A DNA stretch of 64,000 nt from Oligoflexia bacterium (GTDB taxonomy: Bacteria; Bdellovibrionota; UBA1018): positions 31,796 through 95,795 of the forward strand of contig CAIRTR010000232.1 in NCBI GenBank assembly GCA_903881565.1, in the 5' to 3' direction. Position numbers and translations under genes: made by a program. Position 1 is the first letter of the stretch. Each line of letters opens with the position of its first letter. The notes under the pieces were generated by a model. The model had not been told where the DNA came from, made no database searches, and saw only the letters and a program-made list of their open reading frames with translations. This document shows positions 1-7,547 of the stretch, piece by piece.

Positions 1-379
1 GCGGGATCAAGTTTGTCGGCGCGAAACCGGTTTCGACATTTCTTGCAATCGACCAGGGGATCCACGAATCCTTCAACGTGTCCCGAAGCTTCCCACACAC
101 GAGGATGCATCAAGATCGCGGCATCAAGCCCCTCGACGTCATCACGATCGGTCATCGCGCGCCACCAGCGCTCCTTCACGTTTCGTTTTAATTCGATACC
201 GAGAGGACCGTAATCCCAGCAGGCATTGATTCCGCCGTAAATTTCACTTGAGGGAAATACAAAGCCGCGTCGCTTACACAACGACACGAGTTCAGCCATG
301 TCCTTGAGATCTTGTGGCGGTCCAGCTACGGGCTTGTCTTGTGCTTTTTGTTGTTCTTTTTCATCGAGTTTTTCAGTCA
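1..379 (-). CDS. glyQS: Glycine--tRNA ligase (class II GlyQS), N-terminal part; the gene continues beyond the window start
   Basis: The reverse strand from ATG (complement of 377-379) translates to [11 protein letters not shown]...[40 protein letters not shown], the canonical GlyRS N-terminus. The ORF is open to position 1, so it is absent from the ORF track because no stop lies inside the window. Confidence 0.8.
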
Positions 380-409
380 TTTCACCCTCTCGTTAACAAA
401 ACTATATGC

Positions 410-865
410 CTATGCCAAGCCTATACCCAGAAAGATTGCTTCGCCCGCCAATCTAAATGGCGTCCAAATAAGCCGTGTGGGCTGATGGAGATTAGAGGGT
501 AAATCAATCTGCGCGCCTTGGTAATTGAAAACTTGCGGAATGCCCGTCTGCGGCTGAATCCCTTTTCGTGCAAAATCCACTTTCGCCCGACTGAGAACGT
601 GCTCCCAGAGCCTCTGAGCGGCGCATCCTAGCGTTTTTTGACCCAGGGGCGAAAGAACGAGAGATACGATTCCGCGCTGCTCCCCAATCTCAACGCTCAC
701 GATCAAAACCTCGGTTGCGGAATCCAACGAGCCAGGCATTTCCCATTGGTTTTTGCGCGCCGGCAAACCTAATTCAGGTTTCGGCTCGGGGTGGCGTTCC
801 ACTAACTCATCAATCATGGCCGAATGAAGCGCTTGGAGCAGAGCCGTCCAAGGGTTGGGGGCCAT
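410..865 (-). CDS. Hypothetical protein (151 aa)
   Basis: Complete ORF tightly packed between the ABC exporter gene and glyQS on the same strand. I recognise no motifs. Confidence 0.45.
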   Translation of the reverse strand: MAPNPWTALLQALHSAMIDELVERHPEPKPELGLPARKNQWEMPGSLDSATEVLIVSVEIGEQRGIVSLVLSPLGQKTLGCAAQRLWEHVLSRAKVDFARKGIQPQTGIPQVFNYQGAQIDLPSNLHQPTRLIWTPFRLAGEAIFLGIGLA

Positions 866-866
866 T

Positions 867-2591
867 TTACTGAAGCCCCATTTGGTGGAACCGAGAATAC
901 TCGCCGTCCAGACTCAGTAGATCCTCATGACGCCCACGCTCGAGAATCTCGCCCTCTTTAAGGACTAAAATTTCGTCGGCATTCTTGATCGTCGAAAGCC
1001 TGTGCGCGATCACAAGAGTGGTGCGTCCATTCATGAGGTCATCCAAGGCACTCTGAACGATTTTCTCAGCTTGCGTGTCCAGGCTGGAGGTCGCCTCATC
1101 CAAAATCAGAAGCGGGGCTTGTCTCAAAAAGGCGCGCGCAATAGAAATCCGTTGTCGCTCTCCGCCTGAAAGTTTCTGCCCACGATCCCCAATAACGGAT
1201 TGCAATCCGTCAGGCATCGTTCGAATGAATTCCATCGCGTGAGCTCTTTCGGCGGCTTGCACAATCTCTTCGTGCGTGGCTGAGAGCCGGCCACACCGAA
1301 TATTTTCCTCAATCGTGTCGTTGAAGAGAAACACATCCTGGCTCACCACTGCGACCATTTTACGGAGCTGTGTGCGATCCAGTTGGCGCAAATCGACTCC
1401 GTCAAAAAGAATGCGGCCATTGGTCACATCAAAAATTCGGGTGAGTAAATTCACCATCGAACTCTTGCCAGAGCCACTGGCGCCGACGAGCGCGATGATT
1501 TTTCCGCGTGGGATGGCAAAATCCACATTTTTGAGGACCACCCTTTGAGGGGTATCCGGATACGAGAAACTGATGTTTTCAACCCGGATTTCCCGCTGAA
1601 AATCCTTCATGCGCACCGGTTGCGCCGCTTCGGGGAGTTGGGATTTCCAATCAAAAATTTCAAAAATCCGGTTACACGCCGTTGCCGCCTGATTGAGCTT
1701 AATGTTCACGTCGTTGAGTGAACGAATCGGATTCATCATGAGAGCGAACGCCGTGAAGAAGGCCAACAAATCTCCAGGGGTCATTCGCCCCATCAATACC
1801 TGCCGCCCCCCGAAATAGATAACCGCCGCAATCGCAAAGGCAGTGATTAACTCCACCATCGGATGGGACGCTTCTTCTAGTACTGCGGTTTTGAGAAGGA
1901 ACTTCGTGAAGCGCTGACTCTTATCTCGAAACTTTTTGCGCACGTATTTTTCAAGCGCAAACATTTTGACGACTCTGATGCCGGTGAATGATTCTTGAAG
2001 GGTGGAAAAGAGGCGCGCGTTCTCTTCATTCATGCGCGAGATGTAGCGCTTCAAATTGCGGCCCGTTGCCGAAAAAACATAACCCAAGGGAGGGAAAATC
2101 AATAAGGTCACCAACGTGAGCTTCCAGTTCAAAGTCCACGCCCGCCAGAACAAGAAGAAGAAGGTCAATGGCTCCCGAACTAAAGTATGAATACAGGCAA
2201 TCCCGCCATCAATATTCTGAGGATCCGCCCCCACGCGGGAAATCAAAGTGCCTGTGCTTTGCGCGGTAAAATGATCCGCGGATAATCCCAGCAGGTGTTC
2301 GAAGAGATCATTTTTAATTTTCTGATTCACGCGCGCCACGACGACGCGCAGGAGGTAATAATGGCCAAATCGAATCACAAAATTTGCGCCATACATCGCA
2401 ATTACGATCAAAGGAAAATAGAGGAGTTTTTCGGCGTCGCGACTCACAAGGAGATCATCCACCACGTACTTCACCAAGAGGACCGGCCCAAGACGAACCG
2501 CAGCAAGCGGAATCGCAAGCACGCTGCTCGCGATAATCATCCAGCGAAACGGGTATAAATACGGCTTAAGCCGAGCAAGTGAGGTTAACAT
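867..2591 (-). CDS. ABC transporter, fused permease/ATP-binding protein (MsbA-like lipid/multidrug exporter)
   Basis: 574 aa with an N-terminal 6-TM region, Walker A GASGSGKSS, ABC signature LSGGERQRISIARAF and Walker B ILDEATSSLD. Confidence 0.9.
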   Translation of the reverse strand: MLTSLARLKPYLYPFRWMIIASSVLAIPLAAVRLGPVLLVKYVVDDLLVSRDAEKLLYFPLIVIAMYGANFVIRFGHYYLLRVVVARVNQKIKNDLFEHLLGLSADHFTAQSTGTLISRVGADPQNIDGGIACIHTLVREPLTFFFLFWRAWTLNWKLTLVTLLIFPPLGYVFSATGRNLKRYISRMNEENARLFSTLQESFTGIRVVKMFALEKYVRKKFRDKSQRFTKFLLKTAVLEEASHPMVELITAFAIAAVIYFGGRQVLMGRMTPGDLLAFFTAFALMMNPIRSLNDVNIKLNQAATACNRIFEIFDWKSQLPEAAQPVRMKDFQREIRVENISFSYPDTPQRVVLKNVDFAIPRGKIIALVGASGSGKSSMVNLLTRIFDVTNGRILFDGVDLRQLDRTQLRKMVAVVSQDVFLFNDTIEENIRCGRLSATHEEIVQAAERAHAMEFIRTMPDGLQSVIGDRGQKLSGGERQRISIARAFLRQAPLLILDEATSSLDTQAEKIVQSALDDLMNGRTTLVIAHRLSTIKNADEILVLKEGEILERGRHEDLLSLDGEYSRFHQMGLQ

Positions 2592-2697
2592 ATTTGTCAG
2601 GTAATTCTCATTTCAAAACCTCTCATGAAGGTCGCCCGCAAGCAAGACTGTGTTTCAAGTTTGCGCTACTCGAGGCCTTCGATTAGAGTGCCAAGCT

Positions 2698-4287
2698 ATG
2701 GATCAAACTGGGACTCTTAAAAACCTCAAAATCTTGGTGGTCGGCGGGGCGGGGTACGTGGGAAGCGCCGCGTGTGCCTATCTCATCGATCAAGGCTGCA
2801 AAGTTTGGGTTTTAGACGATCTTTCCGAGGGCCACCGCGAACTACTGCTGGGCGAGGGATTTACCCACGCGCGCGCCGGTGATCGCTCAAAAGTATTACC
2901 CCTTCTCAAAGAAGGTAAGTTCGATTGCGTCATGCACTTTGCCGCCAAAGCGCTGGTCTCTGAGAGTGTTAAATACCCGGCGCGATATTTTGAAAACAAC
3001 GTCGATCAAACGCGCTCTCTTTTAGAGATGATGATCGAGACCGGAACGCGCAACTTCATTTTTTCGTCAACCTGTGCGACTTTTGGCGATCCAGGCGAGA
3101 CGCCCATGAATGAGGAGTGCCCACAAAACCCCATCAACCCGTATGGTCAGTCCAAACTTCAGGCCGAGGGGCTTTTGCGCGATTTTGCGGCCAGAAAAGG
3201 GCTGCGTGCGATTGCGCTTCGCTACTTCAATGCCGCAGGCGCCGAGCCGGGGTGTCGGGTCGGTGAATGGCATGATCCGGAGACGCATTTGATTCCGCGG
3301 ATTTTCAGAGCCGCTCATAAAAAGGGGGCGGTAGAAATTTTTGGGACGGACTACGCCACTCCTGATGGAACCTGCTTAAGGGATTATGTTCATATTTCGG
3401 ATTTAGCGGCGGCTCACACTGCAGCGATGTCACGAATTTTAGGCCGCGGACCTGAGTCACCGGGTTCCTTTGAAGCCTTTAATTTGGGTTCAGAGAACGG
3501 GTATTCAGTGAGAGACGTCATTCGAGCTTTTGAAGAAGTTTCAGGCCAAAAGATCGCAGTCATTGAGCGCCCACGTCGGGCGGGGGATCCTCCGAAGCTT
3601 GTTGCCCAATCGGCATTGGCTCGCCTGGAGTTGGGGTTTAAGATTACGGGAACTCAAACCGGTGACCCCACGGCGCCGTTGAAACACATTCTCTCCAGCG
3701 CTTGGGCATGGGAAACGAAGCGCCGAAGTACGATGAAGCGTGCGCTATTTATGGATCGTGACGGAACGGTTAACGTGGATCCTGGCTATTTGAATGATCC
3801 CAAACAAGTGGAACTCATCCCGGGTGTGCCTGCGGCGCTTGCGAAACTTCGGAAACTGGGTTTCGCGCTTGTCGTGATCTCCAATCAGTCCGGCGTCGGG
3901 CGCGGCTTAATCCGCGAAGAAGATGTTCCGGCGATTAACGCTCGTTTTGAGGCCCTTTTGGGTGGCCACGATGTTTCGATCGATCGCTACGCTTACTGCT
4001 ATCACATGCCTGCGGACGCGTGCGATTGCCGTAAACCCAATCCGACATTGATTTTAAAAAGTGCCCGCGAACTCGGAATCGACCTCACCCGCTCCTATAT
4101 GGTCGGCGACAAGCCGTGCGACTTGGAGGCCGGACGTGCGGCCGATTGTGGCGGCGTTGCTTTGGTGCGCACCGGTTACGGGCGCGAAACCGAAGCCGCA
4201 CTTAAACCCGGCGATACTGATTTTATCGGGGATTCTCTGCCTCAGGTGGTGGAATGGATTCTAGCCCGAGAAAACGCAAACTCTTGA
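2698..4287 (+). CDS. Bifunctional protein: N-terminal GalE-like UDP-sugar 4-epimerase (SDR) fused to C-terminal GmhB-like D,D-heptose 1,7-bisphosphate phosphatase (HAD)
   Basis: N-terminal domain has Rossmann motif VVGGAGYVGS, catalytic YGQSK, and LRYFNAAG, FGTDYATPDGTCLRDYVHISDLAAAH, PRRAGDPP as in GalE. C-terminal domain has HAD motif I FMDRDGTVN, ISNQSG, Zn-site CYHMPADACDCRKPNP and MVGDKPCD as in GmhB. The likely start is MDQTGTLKNLKILVVGG at 2698; the ORF-track start at 2650 is probably upstream read-through. Confidence 0.8.
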   Translation: MDQTGTLKNLKILVVGGAGYVGSAACAYLIDQGCKVWVLDDLSEGHRELLLGEGFTHARAGDRSKVLPLLKEGKFDCVMHFAAKALVSESVKYPARYFENNVDQTRSLLEMMIETGTRNFIFSSTCATFGDPGETPMNEECPQNPINPYGQSKLQAEGLLRDFAARKGLRAIALRYFNAAGAEPGCRVGEWHDPETHLIPRIFRAAHKKGAVEIFGTDYATPDGTCLRDYVHISDLAAAHTAAMSRILGRGPESPGSFEAFNLGSENGYSVRDVIRAFEEVSGQKIAVIERPRRAGDPPKLVAQSALARLELGFKITGTQTGDPTAPLKHILSSAWAWETKRRSTMKRALFMDRDGTVNVDPGYLNDPKQVELIPGVPAALAKLRKLGFALVVISNQSGVGRGLIREEDVPAINARFEALLGGHDVSIDRYAYCYHMPADACDCRKPNPTLILKSARELGIDLTRSYMVGDKPCDLEAGRAADCGGVALVRTGYGRETEAALKPGDTDFIGDSLPQVVEWILARENANS

Positions 4288-5059
4288 TCGGTTGTTGATC
4301 GAGGCGATCCATTCCGGGCAGATGGTAGGCCATAAGCCCGTACAAGAATCCGTAGAGTTGCTGATGATCCGCTTCTGAGGCGCGCATCGCTTGTGGCGCT
4401 TGGCGAATCGGCGTATTGAGTCCGATTAAAAAATCATGGATCGCCCAGAGGCTTAGGCTATTGGAATTTCCTGAGGCTTTATAGCCTTGTGTTCCACACT
4501 GCGGACAGAGCCACCCCGCCTGCGCAATTCGAAACAAGACTCGGTCCTCTTCTTTTAACTCGCTCAGCGCTTTGCCGCACTCCAAGCACGAATTCATGCG
4601 GGGCTGTGTGCCCCCCCAATGCAGCAATTTGATAAGAAATGCATTCAACACCCGCAGCCCCACTCCCTCACTCACGGCGTTTTCGTCTAAGAACGCGAGC
4701 GCATTGGAGAGGAGTTTGAAAAGATCCGTGCAGGGTTGATTCTTGGGAGCCGCGCGCAAGACCAATTCATTCATTGCGCTAGCAAAGGCCAGGCGCTCGA
4801 AGTCGGAACGGATTCCTTCAAAGGCGCGTCTCACGGTCGTATCCGTCAGGCGCAACAGTTCAGCGCCCGGTTTTTCGGTGAACACCCATTCGCTTGCAGT
4901 GAAAAGATCAAGCGAGCCCCCGAAGCGCCGCGACTGAATCGCATTTCTGGCAAGCGCTGAGACCACGCCGTGATGTTCGGTGAGGGCCGTAACGATTCGG
5001 TGCCGCTCTTCGAAAGCGACGGATCGTAGGACGAGGGCTAAGTCGCGCTGGGATTCCAT
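4223..5059 (-). CDS. recO: DNA repair protein RecO
   Basis: Starts MESQRDLALVLRSVAFEERHRIVTALTEHHG (OB-fold N-terminus) and carries the zinc motif CLECG...CPQCG. The ORF-track start at 5374 is upstream read-through; the internal ATG at 5059 fits RecO length (~279 aa). Its 3-prime end overlaps the convergent epimerase/phosphatase gene by about 65 nt. Confidence 0.75.
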   Translation of the reverse strand: MESQRDLALVLRSVAFEERHRIVTALTEHHGVVSALARNAIQSRRFGGSLDLFTASEWVFTEKPGAELLRLTDTTVRRAFEGIRSDFERLAFASAMNELVLRAAPKNQPCTDLFKLLSNALAFLDENAVSEGVGLRVLNAFLIKLLHWGGTQPRMNSCLECGKALSELKEEDRVLFRIAQAGWLCPQCGTQGYKASGNSNSLSLWAIHDFLIGLNTPIRQAPQAMRASEADHQQLYGFLYGLMAYHLPGMDRLDQQPIKSLRFLGLESIPPPEAENPR

Positions 5060-5226
5060 GAAAAGAGGTATAGCACAACCAAAAGGTGGTCCCCACCTTT
5101 TGGTTAAGATTTGCGTCAAATAGAGCCGAACAGCAACCTGTTCCACTCGCGATAAATGAGTGGAACTTGGCTCGATGTTTAGTTTATAGTTTTGCTGCTT
5201 ATGAGCCAAAAAGGGCGGCTGAAAAA

Positions 5227-5967
5227 ATGAAGAAACGCAAAATATTATTGAAGTTTGCTTTAATCCTTTGCGCTTTGACCCACGTTTCCATGCTGGAAAT
5301 TCATTTGAATGATATTTACGGAATCTTAGATCGCGAGGACTACCTGTTGATGGAGCAACAGAAACAGCCCGCACTCCATTCTGCTGCAGGAGAGAATTTG
5401 GCCTGGGAATCCTTTAACAGTTGGTCGTGCTTTCCGACAACGGAATTAGAAATTGATTGCCGTGATCAGGAGTCCGATCAAAGCTGGCACTCAATCAGTT
5501 CGGAAGAGCGTAATGGTAAAGGATACTATGCGGTCATTGACGTCAAACATGAAGGACATCAATATCGCTTTCAATCCCCTGGATGGATATTGGAAGAGAA
5601 TTGTCTGCAGCAAATTGAATCGACAATGAGACTGCTTGACGGACAAATTGGCTTTTGTATTTTTGCTGCCAAAATCCCCTCTGACGAAGAGTTGAACGGC
5701 ACTAACGACGAATCGGCTTCTTTGTGGGCGACTTATGGGATTAAGTCGCTGGCAGGACGCTTCAAACATCTAACGGAGCTCAAGCCTTGCTCTAGATGCA
5801 GGGTTGAGGTAGATTTTGGGCGTGGGGCTATAGCTCAGTTGGTAGAGCGTTGCATTCGCATTGCAAAGGCCGTCGGTTCGACCCCGATTAGCTCCACCAA
5901 ATCTAAGCCCGTTTCAAAGCTTTGGGCTGAATACGATCTTCTATTTCCCTGTCCACTATCTCAATAA
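5227..5967 (+). CDS. Hypothetical secreted protein; the open frame continues through the tRNA-Ala gene with no stop until 5967
   Basis: MKKRKILLKFALILCALTHVSM is signal-peptide-like and the body looks protein-like (GYYAVIDVKHEGHQYRFQSPGWILEEN). There is no in-frame stop before the tRNA at 5824, so the true 3-prime end is uncertain. Confidence 0.4.
   Translation: MKKRKILLKFALILCALTHVSMLEIHLNDIYGILDREDYLLMEQQKQPALHSAAGENLAWESFNSWSCFPTTELEIDCRDQESDQSWHSISSEERNGKGYYAVIDVKHEGHQYRFQSPGWILEENCLQQIESTMRLLDGQIGFCIFAAKIPSDEELNGTNDESASLWATYGIKSLAGRFKHLTELKPCSRCRVEVDFGRGAIAQLVERCIRIAKAVGSTPISSTKSKPVSKLWAEYDLLFPCPLSQ
5824..5896 (+). tRNA. tRNA-Ala (anticodon CGC)
   Basis: GGGGCTATAGCTCAGTTGGTAGAGCG...TTGCATTCGCATTGCAA...GGTTCGACCCCGATTAGCTCCA folds as a cloverleaf. 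The acceptor stem has the G3:U70 alanine identity pair, the anticodon loop is TT-CGC-AT, the T-loop is GGTTCGA, and an encoded CCA follows at 5897-5899. Confidence 0.85.
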
Positions 5968-6229
5968 ACGAAGGCCTTAATCGAATCTTCAAGAATTCAA
6001 GATCCTCATCACTAAATTGTTTTACTGTCCCAAGGCGCAGTCCATCTCGAAGTTTTTCTTTCATGAGAGTTTGGTATTCACCATGAGAAGTGAGTTTCGC
6101 CGCCTTCTTATATGCATCAAGAAGATCACCTTCAATCATAATCGAAATTCTAACTTTGACGTCCTTCGGGTCCGCCTCCGTCAAGGGAAGTACGTCAACC
6201 TTTCCAAACTTAACTTTCTTCTTTGCCAT
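5903..6229 (-). CDS. BrnA-like ribbon-helix-helix antitoxin-family protein
   Basis: MAKKKVKFGKVDVLPLTEADPKDVKVRISIMIEGDLLDAYKKAAKLTSHGEYQTLMKEKLRDGL resembles BrnA-type antitoxins (…RVSIRLDxDVLEyFK…GYQTRINxALR). It overlaps the upstream DUF4160 gene by about 20 nt. The ORF-track start at 6259 is the alternative. Confidence 0.5.
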   Translation of the reverse strand: MAKKKVKFGKVDVLPLTEADPKDVKVRISIMIEGDLLDAYKKAAKLTSHGEYQTLMKEKLRDGLRLGTVKQFSDEDLEFLKIRLRPSFIEIVDREIEDRIQPKALKRA

Positions 6230-6404
6230 GATACTCCTCCCACTTTGCCGCAAACTCACTGAATTCTGTGTCCCCCAGCATCTCCAAGCTCTTGAGACTA
6301 ACCTTCATTTTCTTTCCATGACCAGCAATGCGACAATGTGGCTCACCATGATCATCGCTGTTAATTTGAAATCGACAGCCTAACGCACGAACTACCGTAC
6401 CCAT
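6210..6404 (-). CDS. DUF4160-family small protein (possible toxin partner)
   Basis: MGTVVRALGCRFQINSDDHGEPHCRIAGHGKK matches the DUF4160 core (RFxxYxxDHxPPHxH). It is the first gene of a two-gene cassette next to tRNA-Ala. Confidence 0.55.
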   Translation of the reverse strand: MGTVVRALGCRFQINSDDHGEPHCRIAGHGKKMKVSLKSLEMLGDTEFSEFAAKWEEYHGKEES

Positions 6405-6412
6405 ATAGAACA

Positions 6413-6431
6413 TAATATATATACGGTATAT
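6413..6431. promoter_or_regulatory. AT-rich inverted repeat ATATATA-cgg-TATATAT directly upstream of the DUF4160/BrnA-like cassette; candidate operator
   Basis: Seen in sequence at 6413-6431, immediately 5-prime of the cassette start. TA cassettes are commonly autoregulated at promoter-overlapping palindromes. Confidence 0.3.
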
Positions 6432-6617
6432 ATGTCAACATTCACTTTATTGCTCAGATTCATTCTCGGTCGATAAGCAAGAACTACGCCGGCCTAGCAG
6501 GGGCTTTTGTGCGTCGATTGAGCCGATATCAGGTCTCTCTGCCCAGAAGTCGGACTATAAGTTCAGGCTGACCCCTCACCAAGGTTGTCTTGATCTGGCC
6601 AAACCATGAACTTCAAC

Positions 6618-7007
6618 TTATACACTAAATTTCTCAAACTCCTCAGCGCTCACTTTTGAAACCGAAAGCCTGGACTGCCGCACGAATTCCATCTTTACAA
6701 GCAGCGGGTCGGCTTTGATCTGCTTTAGAGTGATGGGTGCCTTAAGCTCCCGCAGGGGCGCAACTTTGAGCACCACGAAATTCTTATCCGCGGGGTCCTC
6801 CGCGGCCGGTGATTTGATTTCCATTACACCCACAACCTCTTTGTCAGCTCCAGAATGATAAAAAAGGACCTGATCCCCTACTGCCATGAGCTTCATATTG
6901 TTGCGCGCTTGGTAGTTTCGCACCCCATCCCAAAGTGTGGCGCGATCCCGTTTCAAATCTCCCCAGGAATATGTTCCTGGCTCACTCTTCATCAACCAAT
7001 AATTCAC
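6618..7007 (-). CDS. EVE (PUA-like) domain protein
   Basis: MNYWLMKSEPGTYSWGDL...LFYHSG...VVGVMEI is the classic EVE/DUF55 start and core. Confidence 0.8.
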   Translation of the reverse strand: MNYWLMKSEPGTYSWGDLKRDRATLWDGVRNYQARNNMKLMAVGDQVLFYHSGADKEVVGVMEIKSPAAEDPADKNFVVLKVAPLRELKAPITLKQIKADPLLVKMEFVRQSRLSVSKVSAEEFEKFSV

Positions 7008-7471
7008 AACAGAGTCTCAAGATCCTTAAGCACTCGATCAGCATGTCCAGCCGCTCGAACTTTGGGGTAGACCTTCAGGAGAATTCCTTTTGAGTCCGCA
7101 ATAAATGTGCTTCGAATGAGTCCTACAGAAACTTTACCGTAAAGCTTCTTCTCTCCCCAGGCCCCGAGAGCCTTGATCAGACCTAAATCGGGATCGCTAA
7201 GAAGTGAAATGGCAAGGTCGTATTTTTCAACGAAGTTTTGATGAGACTCCACCGAGTCTTTTGAAAGACCTACGACACTAAACCCAAGTTTCTTGAACTG
7301 GCCAGCGAGTCTGGAGAAGTCTTTGGCTTCAACCGTACAGCCGGGCGTATTGTCTTTGGGGTAAACGTAAAGAATGATGCCTTTTTTCCCAGTGAGAGAC
7401 GATATGGTTTGTTTGTCGCCGCTTTGGTCTGGGAGTTGAATCTTGGGTAACTTTTTTCCTTCTATGAGCAT
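7004..7471 (-). CDS. bcp: Peroxiredoxin Bcp (thiol peroxidase)
   Basis: LYVYPKDNTPGCTVEAKDF carries the peroxidatic Cys motif and length and composition fit Bcp. The start is set at MLIEGKK (7471); the ORF-track start at 7507 is probably upstream. Confidence 0.85.
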   Translation of the reverse strand: MLIEGKKLPKIQLPDQSGDKQTISSLTGKKGIILYVYPKDNTPGCTVEAKDFSRLAGQFKKLGFSVVGLSKDSVESHQNFVEKYDLAISLLSDPDLGLIKALGAWGEKKLYGKVSVGLIRSTFIADSKGILLKVYPKVRAAGHADRVLKDLETLL

Positions 7472-7547
7472 GGAGGGGTTGTAAAACGAACCCACGCGCA
7501 GAAGCAAGTATCACAAAGAGTATTGCCAAAAGTTCTCAATTCAGGAG

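Noticed and set aside
410-865. Considered RecO for this 151-aa ORF because recO often precedes glyQS
   Set aside because: There is no OB-fold or Cys4 zinc motif, and a convincing RecO is present at 4223-5059. It is kept as hypothetical.
2295-2558. 87-aa plus-strand ORF antisense to the ABC exporter gene
   Set aside because: It is fully embedded in the strongly supported msbA-like CDS on the other strand, with no RBS.
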